Below are positions 27,687 to 37,858 of a stretch of 64,000 nucleotides of DNA, in pieces. The position numbers were made by a program, and so were the translations under genes. How positions within the stretch are numbered: the stretch's first letter is position 1; every line of letters begins with the position of its first letter. The DNA is from a virus: IMG/VR virus record IMGVR_UViG_3300044949_001245, positions 24,604-88,603 of that record. One strand, written 5' to 3'. Below the pieces are notes generated by a model, which saw nothing but the letters and a program-made list of their open reading frames with translations, was not told where the DNA came from and searched no databases.

Positions 27687-28706
27687 TTAGTATGTTCTAT
27701 GAAGTGTAAAATTCTTACATTGGATTGAGTCATGTATTTCAGTCTGACCCCATTGCGCTGTTATTGACAAGGTATTTGGAATTGTTGTATCCAAAGCTTC
27801 AACGCTGCTAAACATCATCCCTTTTAGTTGTCCTTGGTTATCGGTGTATAATATAGAACCAAAACAACTGATTTTCCCAGACACACCTAATTCATTGATT
27901 GTAAATGACATTCTAATCTGAAATGTTCCATTAGTGGCATGACTCATTGACATTTCACCACTACTAGCCAAAAGTTGCGTGCCCGATGTTATGTTTATTT
28001 TAAGTAAATGTCCGTTTTGAGTTGACAATATTCCGCTCAAAATTGCTTCAAATGAATCACCGACCTTAAATCCATCTGCCCGCACGTACAAACTCCCTAC
28101 CCCTGCCCCAATCAGTTCGCCCGCAACTGTAGTGTTAGCAATTATTTGACCATCTGTTGTTTGAGCAAAAAGTCCTGTGTTTAGTGAGTTCAGAAAATGC
28201 CAACCCTTATTTCCAAAAGCATCGGTTGAATATACTTTATTTGGGTCTGGCAATTCCTCATCAGCAACCAGCTGTATGTACCCTCCATCATCCTGAATAG
28301 AATTTTTTTGAGCAGTGACGTCACGCTTGTTTTGCCACAAATCTGTAATGTCGGCTACAATTTGACTTATCAAACGCTCATCAGGAATGTATGGCTTATT
28401 AAAAACTTGATTATTTCCATCTGTTGAATTCCAATCAACAGGCTGCTCTTTTAATGAATATCCAACACCTAGACTGCGCCAATAACTTGCGTCTGTTGGT
28501 GGTATTGAATCATTGTTCGCTATACAAACATAAATCTGTCCTCTGTACCAAACTAAATCCCCGATGAGATATGGGTTGCCAGTAGCATCTGAATGGTCAG
28601 CTGAAAATGGAAGTGCGGTCAGAACGACAGTACCACCGCCACCGCCACCGCCATCTGACTCATCTTTTAATCGCAATCTGTTTAACAGATAGTCAAAAAA
28701 TATCAT
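27687..28706 (-). CDS. structural/fibre protein with CBM5/12-like module
   Basis: Y.IGDLVWY.G.IY.C...N....P motif, poly-Gly linker, beta-rich C-terminus. Confidence 0.5.
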   Translation of the reverse strand: MIFFDYLLNRLRLKDESDGGGGGGGTVVLTALPFSADHSDATGNPYLIGDLVWYRGQIYVCIANNDSIPPTDASYWRSLGVGYSLKEQPVDWNSTDGNNQVFNKPYIPDERLISQIVADITDLWQNKRDVTAQKNSIQDDGGYIQLVADEELPDPNKVYSTDAFGNKGWHFLNSLNTGLFAQTTDGQIIANTTVAGELIGAGVGSLYVRADGFKVGDSFEAILSGILSTQNGHLLKINITSGTQLLASSGEMSMSHATNGTFQIRMSFTINELGVSGKISCFGSILYTDNQGQLKGMMFSSVEALDTTIPNTLSITAQWGQTEIHDSIQCKNFTLHRTY

Positions 28707-28957
28707 CGTGAATATGTTAATGAAGTCCTATTTGACCATGCGCTTTCAAATGTTGATTTTCCGTTGGCATACTCTGGTCTAGTCAGACCACCAACTACAG
28801 TGATACGAATGATTAACCATTTCGGCTCACTCTCTCTCACTCCTAAATCCTCTGTGTATCCTACATAAGTAACTCCGCCACCGACATCATCCGTAATCGG
28901 CATAGGTAATGAGTTCAGATATTCTTGAACTACAGCTGCTCTTTTGCTAGCAATCAT
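28703..28957 (-). CDS. small structural-type hypothetical protein
   Basis: YVGY...W.I.RI...YANG...W.NR.SLTY motif. Confidence 0.5.
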   Translation of the reverse strand: MIASKRAAVVQEYLNSLPMPITDDVGGGVTYVGYTEDLGVRESEPKWLIIRITVVGGLTRPEYANGKSTFESAWSNRTSLTYSR

Positions 28958-28978
28958 CGCTTTATCTTTTGTTAGTTA

Positions 28979-29785
28979 TTAAAATTTCAAAGCCAACATT
29001 TGGTCTGGCGTCAACTCATACGTTTTGTTCTCTTGGATGTGATTTTCGTACAATTCCAGAGTCAAAATTTCAGCACAGTTATCAATCCAATCGTGAACCA
29101 GTCTGTTGTATTTTGCGTTGGTATCTGCTTCCTCTTGACTATTACAAGGTTGACAATCAGAGCCTGACTCTCCACAGATTGTTGCTTTGCCCTCGCCAGT
29201 CTGGTTTGAGTAATAAGTTTGGTTCCAGTTAAACAACTTGTATGGCACCTTAACACGTTCCTTTACTCCGTACAAATATGGCTTTTCTGTCGGCATGGTT
29301 GTGAAGTGTTCCTGACACTCCGAAATTTGTTTTTCAATACCCATGTTCTCTTTTTCAATTCTGTTTTTTTCATCCATCACTTTCATGATGATGTCTTTTC
29401 CAGATTTTGAAAATTTGAAAGCATTCGTTCCGTATGAAAACGCATCAGTCACATGAGACTTCTCCAAAACGTAAACATGCTTGAAAGAACCAAGTCCATC
29501 AGCCACCTTTACTTTCGCCATCTGGCTCATAGTTTCTTTAGCCTTTAGAACAAGGTCATTTGCTTCTTGTGTGTCGTTGAAACCGCCTTTGACGATGGTT
29601 CCACCAACAGTGTCGTTCACTTTCTTAATGTAGGCTTCAATAGAACTTTTTTCAAAAACCAAATATGCCTCAGATGGATATTTCTTTTGAAAATCCTTCA
29701 TCGTCATTCCCTTTTCGATATTGGTAAAACCAGACAAATTTATTTTGCCGTCAAAGTCCTCTGCTGTTAGAAATTCTTTTGTCAT
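28979..29785 (-). CDS. probable internal virion protein (start revised to ATG 29785)
   Basis: IEKG, FEKS, IVKG, VLKA, LEKS sites; late motif at 29814-29823. Confidence 0.55.
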   Translation of the reverse strand: MTKEFLTAEDFDGKINLSGFTNIEKGMTMKDFQKKYPSEAYLVFEKSSIEAYIKKVNDTVGGTIVKGGFNDTQEANDLVLKAKETMSQMAKVKVADGLGSFKHVYVLEKSHVTDAFSYGTNAFKFSKSGKDIIMKVMDEKNRIEKENMGIEKQISECQEHFTTMPTEKPYLYGVKERVKVPYKLFNWNQTYYSNQTGEGKATICGESGSDCQPCNSQEEADTNAKYNRLVHDWIDNCAEILTLELYENHIQENKTYELTPDQMLALKF

Positions 29786-29830
29786 ATTTTCTAAATGTTT
29801 TTGCTTTATCAAGTAATAGCTGTTAATCAT

Positions 29831-29864
29831 AAAAAAGATAGGGTGACCTTTCAGCCACCCTATC
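29831..29864 (-). terminator. intrinsic terminator
   Basis: GATAGGGTG...CACCCTATC followed by T6. Confidence 0.8.
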
Positions 29865-29899
29865 ACCGCAGAATTGATTGAAACTAAAATGTTCCAAGC

Positions 29900-30631
29900 T
29901 CAGTTGAGCATCTTTCTAGTAACTGGTTTTGAAGTTCCTGTTACCGCTTTATTTATTGTCACGCTTTTGCCAGTTTCCTTTCCTGAACTATATGCGCCAC
30001 CCGCACTTGAATAGTTAGTTTTACGACCAGTTCCGCTACCACCCCAAGTCATAGTGACGTAATCGGAAATCACCACCTCATTCGTTCTGATAATAGCTGT
30101 AGAACTCTCATTAGCTTTTTCAAACTCTTCACGCTCTGATTTGAATTTTGAATAAAGCCCATCCGCACAACCTTTCAAGAAAGTTCTCATAAAGGTATCT
30201 TGACCGACCGCAGTTGGATTATGTCTAGCATATTCCTTGTACTTTTCCTTTCCGACCTTTAGGAACACAGGCATCACAACTGTGTGAATGTATTTACATA
30301 CTTCGATGTTATCTGGACTGCCTACAATAATCATTTTGTTTTCGCTAGCATTCCCCATCGTGTAAGCCTTACACCAATTAAACTTGGCTACAACGCTCAT
30401 TACGTCAAAACTACTCCGACCTCCAATTCCAGGCACTTTCAGAGGCATCGTGTCGTGTATTATTTCAGCACGCACTTCATCCTCCGTCAAATCTGCTTTA
30501 CTCAGATTGTATTCGTTGAGCAACTGTTGTACCTTTCTGGCGTAAATTTCTGCCTCTGCTATTGAGCCCATTGCTCTAGCTGACTCCGCATGAGCCAATA
30601 CTTTTCTGATTTTGTCAATTACTTTTTCCAT
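29900..30631 (-). CDS. DUF2786-like protein
   Basis: KVIDKIRKVLA.AE.....EA......QQLL..YNL N-terminus. Confidence 0.7.
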   Translation of the reverse strand: MEKVIDKIRKVLAHAESARAMGSIAEAEIYARKVQQLLNEYNLSKADLTEDEVRAEIIHDTMPLKVPGIGGRSSFDVMSVVAKFNWCKAYTMGNASENKMIIVGSPDNIEVCKYIHTVVMPVFLKVGKEKYKEYARHNPTAVGQDTFMRTFLKGCADGLYSKFKSEREEFEKANESSTAIIRTNEVVISDYVTMTWGGSGTGRKTNYSSAGGAYSSGKETGKSVTINKAVTGTSKPVTRKMLN

Positions 30632-30635
30632 GTTC

Positions 30636-30854
30636 TTAATTTTTTACAGTTTCATAATTACCCTCTGGATTGAAGTTCTTCATCCATAAAGACACGATGC
30701 GTCTTGCCTCACCTTTATTGAGTCCGAACTCATCCTCAACATATGGTGCTGCTCCGAACATATTAGTCACTCCTGACTCTCTCAAGTCATTCAAATACTC
30801 ACAAACATTTTTTTCTAGTTCTGTGGTTGGTCTTGTTTCTTGTGTTGTTTCCAT
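30636..30854 (-). CDS. DUF5049-like small protein
   Basis: L..LRESG.TNMF motif. Confidence 0.55.
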   Translation of the reverse strand: METTQETRPTTELEKNVCEYLNDLRESGVTNMFGAAPYVEDEFGLNKGEARRIVSLWMKNFNPEGNYETVKN

Positions 30855-30857
30855 CTT

Positions 30858-31115
30858 TTAATTTTTTACAGTTAAATAAAAATACAAATAATCATAACGC
30901 TGAATAAAGTGGGTCAGCTGTTCCCTTAACTCTTGCGGTGTTTTTTCCGATGTTACCCATAGGCTAAAAATCCTTGCTCTGTTGTCCCAATGCTTCTCAT
31001 AGTGTTGGAACGCTGACTTATCAAACCTCTTGATAACTCTGAAGGCAGCATCTATGGTGTTCCCCGAAATCATCCCAAAGTTGCTCTTGAATTCTATGTG
31101 CATTCTTCTACTCAT
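30858..31115 (-). CDS. hypothetical early protein
   Basis: 85 aa, ATGA-coupled. Confidence 0.5.
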   Translation of the reverse strand: MSRRMHIEFKSNFGMISGNTIDAAFRVIKRFDKSAFQHYEKHWDNRARIFSLWVTSEKTPQELREQLTHFIQRYDYLYFYLTVKN

Positions 31116-31327
31116 AACACCGCCCTCCTTACTGAATACCCATTACTACTGTAATCATCCATTACTACTCTGTAGCCATATATCACACTGCCTACAAGTT
31201 CCCCTAGATAGTCCACCCAACTGATTACATCCTCAGCGTGAGCTTTACTGTTCCACTTGGACCAGTCCTGTCTTGCCATTTGATACCACTCTTGGGCATC
31301 TTTTGCGATTTTTTTCTTGGTTGCCAT
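31112..31327 (-). CDS. hypothetical early protein (start revised to ATG 31327)
   Basis: First gene after early promoter copy 2. Confidence 0.5.
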   Translation of the reverse strand: MATKKKIAKDAQEWYQMARQDWSKWNSKAHAEDVISWVDYLGELVGSVIYGYRVVMDDYSSNGYSVRRAVL

Positions 31328-31341
31328 TTGTCGTTTTTTTA

Positions 31342-31394
31342 AGTTTAACAATCAATTCTGAAGTAAAGGTATGTAAAAATTTACAAACGACAAA
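31342..31394 (-). promoter_or_regulatory. early promoter copy 2
   Basis: TTTG-N19-TACCTTTA plus the identical 30-bp block. Confidence 0.8.
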
Positions 31395-31399
31395 ATTTT

Positions 31400-31633
31400 T
31401 TAACAATTTTCTTTGAAAAATTTTGAGTTGGGCTGGTGCGAATTTATGAAATCCTCCAGTTTTTTCTGGGAAATCTCCAGTGTTTTTATGTGATTTTCAA
31501 GTTCCTTTTCGACCTCTTCCAGCCTTTCTTTCAGCTCAATAGCCTTTCTCATAGCATTTTCAACATTGCTTTCAGCTATAATTTTGGTCAATTTTAGCTT
31601 TTGATATAGTTCCTCTCCATGAGATAGCTTCAT
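31400..31633 (-). CDS. small coiled-coil hypothetical protein
   Basis: 77 aa with heptad pattern. Confidence 0.45.
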   Translation of the reverse strand: MKLSHGEELYQKLKLTKIIAESNVENAMRKAIELKERLEEVEKELENHIKTLEISQKKLEDFINSHQPNSKFFKENC

Positions 31634-31658
31634 GAACTAATTAACTATGAAATACTTA

Positions 31659-33341
31659 CTAAAGAAATTTGAACTTGAATCCAGTGGTGACTTTTTTCGC
31701 TGCTATTGATGTAAGCCATAACGCCATAGCTTGGTCATCGTGTTCTCCGACACCCTCCAATCCTTTATCAGTCCATGTAACAGATGAAAGTTCCATAGCA
31801 AGTGAATCAGAAATGTCTATTGACTCCTGATTGCCTCTTGGTATCCGTATTTTGCCACGCTCAAACAAAATTGCTAGTCCAGGCAATCCTGCCTTTAGGT
31901 CATATTTGTTGCTTCCTGTCGTATGACCCTCGACAGGCAATCCAGCCCTCTCTGACTCTTGTACAAAAATCTGTTGGAATACGTTATTCTCCATTACCAT
32001 TATATCAGGCTGAAACGATGCGTTGATTTGTTTTATGACTGCTAGTTGTTCAGCAAAAGACTTGCCCCGAAATCTAGTAACATTCATCAACCACATATTC
32101 TCATTCTCATCTACTCCAGCGGTGATGATGACTGTGTAGTCAGCCCCAACTGAGCTGGAAATCGAAAAGTCAATACCAGTCACCACCCTATCGAATTTCA
32201 TTTTGTAAGCTGTTCTAGCACGTACAAATGTGTAGTCCTCCATCCTCACATATGCCCTTTCAATTACATCTTGAGGGAAAATTGATGACTCATTGGTAAC
32301 TGGCCTACATAAATTTTCCCTTGAAAAGATTATGTTGCCCTGTGTTGACCTCTTTTCCATCAACTCCTTAAATCCCCAACGCTCACGCCATAGTATGACT
32401 CCATTCGGAAATATGGCTGGATATTCCCTCACGTGCCACCCCTCCTTGCTTTTCAAATCTCCATATAGGTCATTAGCGTGGAATGGAGTTCCAACCACTA
32501 TAACTTGACCTTTGGGCACAATCATATTCATGATTACAGCGTGAAAATAATCTATGGACTTTTTTCTTTGAACCGAACTGTAAATCACGTTGTCCTTTAA
32601 TCCATCATCAACCACAATATATCCAGGGTGAGCACCACGTACTGATGAACCAAAGCCTTTGGTTGTTATCCTTGCTCCGTTTTTACAAACTATATCAGTT
32701 TTTGCCCATCCATCGTTCCGACCTGGAAATAATCTTTCACGCAAATCATCATTTTCTTCAATCGTGCTTTTCAAAATATCCAAAAGGTCAACCGCCTGTT
32801 GTAATGAAAATGAAAATAGAAATCCACGCTTGGATAATGCTAAATCATGGCGTGGTCTGGAGAACCCTGTGACTGGCTGGTATCGGTATAACTTCCAAGC
32901 CAGATACGCATTACTCCAATAGAATGATTTTCCGTGGTCACGTGCGGCAATTACGTTGAGTTTGTTGTAACGCATCGCCATATCTCCCCATTCCAGATGG
33001 TGCCAGTTCATTTCAAACTGCGGCATTTTACTCAAAATGAAATAGGTCAGATTTTCAATACACAAAGTTTCCTCTATGGTCTTTGTGAGTGTATCGAAAT
33101 AGCCTAGTTTGAGCTGTAGTTGGTTTTGCTTTCCGTAAATTACATTGAAAACCTCTTCCAAGATTATGGAATAAATCTCATCCACATCCTTTTCGTAACC
33201 TCCAAACAACTCCTTGGTGCCGGCATCATCCAAGTTGTTGATAATCTCATCCACAATACGAAATGCCTCATCAATTTTTTCAAACGACAAGGCATTTTGG
33301 TATTTGGAAATGATTTTTAAGTCCTCTTGTGATATGTTCAT
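31659..33341 (-). CDS. terL: terminase large subunit
   Basis: AARDHGKS Walker A, VRGAHP..IVVDD Walker B, VGTP, nuclease GIDF..S...ADYT and HDDQAMA. Confidence 0.9.
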   Translation of the reverse strand: MNISQEDLKIISKYQNALSFEKIDEAFRIVDEIINNLDDAGTKELFGGYEKDVDEIYSIILEEVFNVIYGKQNQLQLKLGYFDTLTKTIEETLCIENLTYFILSKMPQFEMNWHHLEWGDMAMRYNKLNVIAARDHGKSFYWSNAYLAWKLYRYQPVTGFSRPRHDLALSKRGFLFSFSLQQAVDLLDILKSTIEENDDLRERLFPGRNDGWAKTDIVCKNGARITTKGFGSSVRGAHPGYIVVDDGLKDNVIYSSVQRKKSIDYFHAVIMNMIVPKGQVIVVGTPFHANDLYGDLKSKEGWHVREYPAIFPNGVILWRERWGFKELMEKRSTQGNIIFSRENLCRPVTNESSIFPQDVIERAYVRMEDYTFVRARTAYKMKFDRVVTGIDFSISSSVGADYTVIITAGVDENENMWLMNVTRFRGKSFAEQLAVIKQINASFQPDIMVMENNVFQQIFVQESERAGLPVEGHTTGSNKYDLKAGLPGLAILFERGKIRIPRGNQESIDISDSLAMELSSVTWTDKGLEGVGEHDDQAMALWLTSIAAKKVTTGFKFKFL

Positions 33342-33892
33342 ACGCTGATAACCATTCGTTTTTTCATCGTTTCCAACTTGTCGATGTCTTTTTGATTGGT
33401 TAGAAATTTCTGATAATCAATCAACTTCCCCTTTATTACATCAAGGTGTAGTTGTATTTCACGTCTTTTGTTCGCCTTTATTTCACTTTGGTCCATGATG
33501 ACCTTTAATGCCTTTCTTTGCTCATCTTCCCAAGAAATGAACCCGAACATATCCAGCGTTGCGATTATGTTGTTAAACTTGCTCCAACTGAAGTTTGTCA
33601 TTTTCTTCATTTCGCTAATTTTAACAAATCCCTCGCTGAACTCTTGCTCCCAACGGATGAAGAACTGGCGGGCAATCTCTTTAGCCTGTGCCTTGTTCTG
33701 CTCATCCTCAAGAAATCCTACCACTACCTCATCGCTGACTTTGTCTGCTCGCCTTCCAGCTAGATAGGACATTTCATTGTTGTCCAATTCGTAAATTATG
33801 GCCTCAGGTGCTTTTTCTTGTAATGCTTCCATTACCGCCTTGGCCATTTCTGGGTCATTGCCCCCAATCATGATGTACTTTTTACTGTCCAT
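33338..33892 (-). CDS. hypothetical protein
   Basis: 184 aa, ATGA-coupled to terL. Confidence 0.55.
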   Translation of the reverse strand: MDSKKYIMIGGNDPEMAKAVMEALQEKAPEAIIYELDNNEMSYLAGRRADKVSDEVVVGFLEDEQNKAQAKEIARQFFIRWEQEFSEGFVKISEMKKMTNFSWSKFNNIIATLDMFGFISWEDEQRKALKVIMDQSEIKANKRREIQLHLDVIKGKLIDYQKFLTNQKDIDKLETMKKRMVISV

Positions 33893-33895
33893 ATA

Positions 33896-34525
33896 TTAAA
33901 ATTGAAATTTTACTCTTGATTTTACCACTTTATCTTTGGCAGAACTGCCTGAACTCTTTTCCGAACTCCGTAACATCGACACATACTGCTTCAGCAAATC
34001 TGTGGTGGCTATAACGTCAGGCATTGCGCTGTGCGCATTCTTTAGGACTATCCCAAACTCAGCACAAGCAATCTCCAACTTCAGCCTTTCCGTTTTTCCG
34101 TACATCTTCGTCAAAGCCATCGTATCAATCTGCGTTGGATTAACATAATCAAAAACATTTTTCGACAACGTGTTAAAAATGTAGTTCAAAAATCCCATGT
34201 CGAACTGAACATTGTGTCCTACCAAGACTGGTCTGTTCTCTGGTCGGCTGTTCGGTGCTGACTCCTTAAAATAAGTTATCAAACTATTCACCAAATCCTT
34301 TTTACTCAACCCCGCATTTATATCCGCCATTTTTAAGCCTGTAGTGTTCAATGCCTCTTTCGTAATTTCTAGGTCATCATAAGGCTTGACGAATGTTTCC
34401 CATCTGTTAATTTCTTTCAGGCTGTCTCCATCAACAGTCAACAAAGCTATCTGAGTGATGGGATTTTTCATTGGCTCCAGACCGCCTGTCTCGCAATCAA
34501 AAACAATATAGTGAGCATTCTTCAT
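33896..34525 (-). CDS. DEDDh 3'-5' exonuclease (DNA polymerase III epsilon-like)
   Basis: VFDCETGGL, GHNVQFD, HSAMPDV. Confidence 0.85.
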   Translation of the reverse strand: MKNAHYIVFDCETGGLEPMKNPITQIALLTVDGDSLKEINRWETFVKPYDDLEITKEALNTTGLKMADINAGLSKKDLVNSLITYFKESAPNSRPENRPVLVGHNVQFDMGFLNYIFNTLSKNVFDYVNPTQIDTMALTKMYGKTERLKLEIACAEFGIVLKNAHSAMPDVIATTDLLKQYVSMLRSSEKSSGSSAKDKVVKSRVKFQF

Positions 34526-35059
34526 TTACGCATCTTTTTTTCTTATCGAAATAAACGCTGTACTGTAGTCCAATAGATTGTCCGAAAATGCTCCTGAGTT
34601 TGGAATTTTTACTTTTTGCTTTGTCCAAATCTGTTCCAACTCCCTTTCGGAAAAAAATCCATCTGGGAACATATCCACTGAAAGGTGAAAGCATGTAACG
34701 TGAGTAATGGATTTTTCTCTACATTTGTAAGCTATGAATGTTGCGTACATGACCGCCCTTGCTGGCGTGGACAATGTAGTTGCTAGGAACAATGACGCAG
34801 ATTTTGAAAGTGTTATTCCGAACTCCGACAACCTCTGCTCTAGTATCATCAAACCTAGCGAATGCGACCTCATTCTAGCATAGAAATCATCCAGCTCTTT
34901 ATTTGGCTCAATTTCTTTCTCTTCCAAAAGTCCGATGATAAGATATTTGGACTGAACTTCAGTCATTTTGTAATCCATGCTACAAGCCAGCATAGCTTTT
35001 ATTACATATTGCTCTACAGCGTCAGGTTGTTCCGTAACTTCGTATGGTAAATAATCCAT
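34526..35059 (-). CDS. hypothetical protein
   Basis: 177-aa ORF abutting neighbours. Confidence 0.55.
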   Translation of the reverse strand: MDYLPYEVTEQPDAVEQYVIKAMLACSMDYKMTEVQSKYLIIGLLEEKEIEPNKELDDFYARMRSHSLGLMILEQRLSEFGITLSKSASLFLATTLSTPARAVMYATFIAYKCREKSITHVTCFHLSVDMFPDGFFSERELEQIWTKQKVKIPNSGAFSDNLLDYSTAFISIRKKDA

Positions 35060-35060
35060 T

Positions 35061-35576
35061 TTAGTATGATGTGTTTGTCATGATTATGTATCTAGCCTTA
35101 TTTGCCAAGTCAGCCAGACTTTCCTCTGCTGTCATAAATGTCTTTCCTTGTAGCTTAATCACCCCCAAGTCATATTTTCTGTAATTGTATTCCTTAATCT
35201 TTTGAATGAACATTTTGGCTATATCAGAAAATGTTGGTTGAGTTGACTGGACGTGCCTCCGATGCGCTACAAATTGATTGTTGGTTTTGTCCTCACGAAT
35301 TACCAAGTGTGGAGTGGACATTTTTTCAACCACTGTTCCGAATTTCGTTTCACGCATTCCCTCGTCATAAAATGACACGTGAGTTCCATCGGTGATTTTT
35401 CCGTTTTGTTCTAGCAAATCGTGCGTTGCCCCCGAAAAGATAATGTCTGATACATCTTGGTGCATCAACTCATCTACGTCAGACTCAAAAATTGCCTTAT
35501 CATCGTACAAGTAAATGTCGAAATGTTGACCTGAGTGACTGTTTGTTCTTAATCTGATTGGATTTTTCATTTTCAA
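35061..35576 (-). CDS. hypothetical protein
   Basis: 171-aa ORF. Confidence 0.5.
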   Translation of the reverse strand: MKMKNPIRLRTNSHSGQHFDIYLYDDKAIFESDVDELMHQDVSDIIFSGATHDLLEQNGKITDGTHVSFYDEGMRETKFGTVVEKMSTPHLVIREDKTNNQFVAHRRHVQSTQPTFSDIAKMFIQKIKEYNYRKYDLGVIKLQGKTFMTAEESLADLANKARYIIMTNTSY

Positions 35577-35791
35577 AAAACTTTTATTACATTAAATGGA
35601 TTCAGACAAAAACAATCGCCATCATCCTTGCGTATTAAATAGATGTCTTGTGGCGAAACAAATAGCACATCTCCATTTTTATCAAATACTCTGTCTGTTG
35701 ATTGTACTTTGTCTAACACTACACCTGTTCCCTCTACTCTTTCATTTTCAATGTAGTATGAAAATGCTATTTTCTTTCCGATGATGCTCAT
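35573..35791 (-). CDS. hypothetical protein
   Basis: 72 aa with 4-nt overlaps on both sides. Confidence 0.5.
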   Translation of the reverse strand: MSIIGKKIAFSYYIENERVEGTGVVLDKVQSTDRVFDKNGDVLFVSPQDIYLIRKDDGDCFCLNPFNVIKVF

Positions 35792-36255
35792 ATGTTTGAT
35801 GTTTTAGTTTGTTGTTCCGTATTGGTATCAGTGCTTCCAAATCCACCCTCACCTCTTTCGCTTTCCTCTAGTTCTTCAACTTCCTCAAGCTCAATAAATG
35901 GTATCGGTTGGATGATTATTTGACCGACTTTCTCCCCTACCTTGTAGATGTCTTTACCATGTAGGTTTGCTCCTGTGACTTGAAAGCGCAAGCAAATTTC
36001 TCCCCTATATCCTGAGTCAATTACTCCTACGCAGTTTTTCAAAATCAAATCTTTTTTTGTTACTGAACTTCTTGCGTAAAGCAACCCAACATACCCCTCT
36101 GGAATTTCCATAGCCAGACCAGTGTGGTACTGAACGAACTTTCCGTTTGAGTCCATATGAATTTGGATAGCTGTTAAGTCCATGCCGGCATCGCCCTTTT
36201 TAGCATAGGTTGGTATCACCGCCCTATCATCTAGTTTTTTAATTTTTATTTTCAT
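35788..36255 (-). CDS. dut: trimeric dUTPase (start revised to ATG 36255)
   Basis: GDAGMDL, ARSS, GVIDSGYRGE, RGEGGFGST. Confidence 0.92.
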   Translation of the reverse strand: MKIKIKKLDDRAVIPTYAKKGDAGMDLTAIQIHMDSNGKFVQYHTGLAMEIPEGYVGLLYARSSVTKKDLILKNCVGVIDSGYRGEICLRFQVTGANLHGKDIYKVGEKVGQIIIQPIPFIELEEVEELEESERGEGGFGSTDTNTEQQTKTSNI

Positions 36256-36527
36256 CTCAGATATTTTTTGTCTAACACTACCGCATTGCCTACAATACAA
36301 TCATTGAACCTCCGTGTCTTTTCATAGAACACTTGCGTGGCTATTTCATTGAGTGGTTTGTTCAACAATTTTCCCTCTTCATTAACCACCATTAGGGTGT
36401 TCTCATCAAGCCAAACTATTTCGATGTATCCATCGACAGCCTTTTGAAGAAATTCCAGTGATGCTTCTTTGTCGTCATTTTTTACGACCTCGACACTTCC
36501 GTCAGTTTTGATAATTTTTGCTTCCAT
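36252..36527 (-). CDS. DUF3846-like protein
   Basis: LQ.AVDGYIE, VNEEGKL...PLN..AT, IVGNAVV. Confidence 0.7.
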   Translation of the reverse strand: MEAKIIKTDGSVEVVKNDDKEASLEFLQKAVDGYIEIVWLDENTLMVVNEEGKLLNKPLNEIATQVFYEKTRRFNDCIVGNAVVLDKKYLR

Positions 36528-36529
36528 TT

Positions 36530-36781
36530 TCAGAGAATGTTTATGTGTTCTAATTGCGCCATTTTGTTTTTTAGTTCAGCAAATTTCTTATCTCTCAACT
36601 CCTGTGTCCTGAACGGAAACACCCAATCTTTCAAAACGAACTTCTCAGGCAAATCCTCATTCAGCACTATACAAAAATCTATTTGCTCAGATTGTTCGTT
36701 CCAAATCTGTTTCCTAGTAACTCTGAAAACTGCCATAACGTCAAACAGTTCCCCTTCAAACTCCAAAAGTGTCTTTGCCAT
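36530..36781 (-). CDS. hypothetical protein
   Basis: 83-aa ORF. Confidence 0.5.
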   Translation of the reverse strand: MAKTLLEFEGELFDVMAVFRVTRKQIWNEQSEQIDFCIVLNEDLPEKFVLKDWVFPFRTQELRDKKFAELKNKMAQLEHINIL

Positions 36782-37100
36782 CTTGATTGTTTTTTATTTG
36801 TTCTTTAGAATTTTTGTTGAAATCATCGGTATGATTTTTATTGAAAGTATCAACAAACCAAGCGCAATCCTTTTTGTCGCTTTGGTCACAACCGCTATGC
36901 TGGTCTGGGCCAGTTTGTCTATTACAACGCTTACAAATTTTATTCATGTTATCGGTATTTTTTTCATGTATCATAGAAATCCTTGCCGGCAAAACTTCGA
37001 TTAAATTACATTCATCGCAACATTCACCCTCTTCCATAACTGGCTCTGGGTTGTTCCCATATCCACTCATTTCCTTATTACAAATACAGCACTTATACAT
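36756..37100 (-). CDS. Cys-rich zinc-binding small protein
   Basis: CCIC...YGNNP.P....CCDECN...V.PAR motif. Confidence 0.55.
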   Translation of the reverse strand: MYKCCICNKEMSGYGNNPEPVMEEGECCDECNLIEVLPARISMIHEKNTDNMNKICKRCNRQTGPDQHSGCDQSDKKDCAWFVDTFNKNHTDDFNKNSKEQIKNNQDGKDTFGV

Positions 37101-37443
37101 TTGATTTTGTTTTTCGGTTTCTCTTTAATAATTCTGCCCTAGTTATTGCTTCCAGATTGGAAATATCGTCATTGTATCTATTTCCATCTATATGATACAA
37201 CACATATCCTTTCGGCAACTTTCCGTTTGTTTTTTCCCAAATTACCTTTGGTCTGCGCTGCCTTTCTTTGTTTCCTATCCATACGTGTACGCAATCATTT
37301 TTTATGACTTGTACTCCACCTTTCCATGATGGATGATTTTCGCCAACATGATTTTCTCCGCTTTTGAATTGTGTTTGTGGTGATGGATTGAATCCACTCA
37401 AACCCTTATTCCAAGGAACATCGCCTTTGTTAAATTTTCCCAT
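37093..37443 (-). CDS. HNH endonuclease-like protein
   Basis: F.KG..PWNKG repeat, HP.WKGG and HIDGNRYNDDISNL. Confidence 0.7.
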   Translation of the reverse strand: MGKFNKGDVPWNKGLSGFNPSPQTQFKSGENHVGENHPSWKGGVQVIKNDCVHVWIGNKERQRRPKVIWEKTNGKLPKGYVLYHIDGNRYNDDISNLEAITRAELLKRNRKTKSNV

Positions 37444-37444
37444 A

Positions 37445-37849
37445 TCAATAAAATTTGAACTTTAATACTTTATCAGGCATACGTTCAACCTCTTCCAATT
37501 TACGCATCCGCAACCTTGGCAGACTGCTTATGTTATCTCTCCTAGAACAATCTGATATCATTCCGTTCCCCTCGTAAATTGCAAAATGAACCCTAGCCCA
37601 AACATCCATTATTGTAAGCAATCCGTTTTTGTCTATGGCAACCGCCATTTCGGCTTGATGAGCATTAGCATCCCATAGAACTATGTCGCCATATTCCAAT
37701 TTATCTATGGAGGAAAATGATGATATATCAAATCCCTTATCTATGTTCTCATACTGGTACAAAGATGGACTAATGCCCGACCTCTTTAGAACATAGGTCA
37801 GGCACGTGTCTGTTTTGTTAATCTGAACTTGGCAAAGCCTCACTATCAT
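37445..37849 (-). CDS. hypothetical protein, possible papain-like/NlpC-P60 fold
   Basis: DTCLTYV, GDIVLW and HFAIYEGNG give a Cys/His arrangement. Confidence 0.35.
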   Translation of the reverse strand: MIVRLCQVQINKTDTCLTYVLKRSGISPSLYQYENIDKGFDISSFSSIDKLEYGDIVLWDANAHQAEMAVAIDKNGLLTIMDVWARVHFAIYEGNGMISDCSRRDNISSLPRLRMRKLEEVERMPDKVLKFKFY

Positions 37850-37858
37850 AATTTTAAT

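Noticed and set aside
12407-34694. Short nested minus-strand ORFs (12407, 20810, 21783, 25671, 29062, 34497)
   Set aside because: Alternative-frame overlaps of longer supported genes, with no motifs or initiation context.
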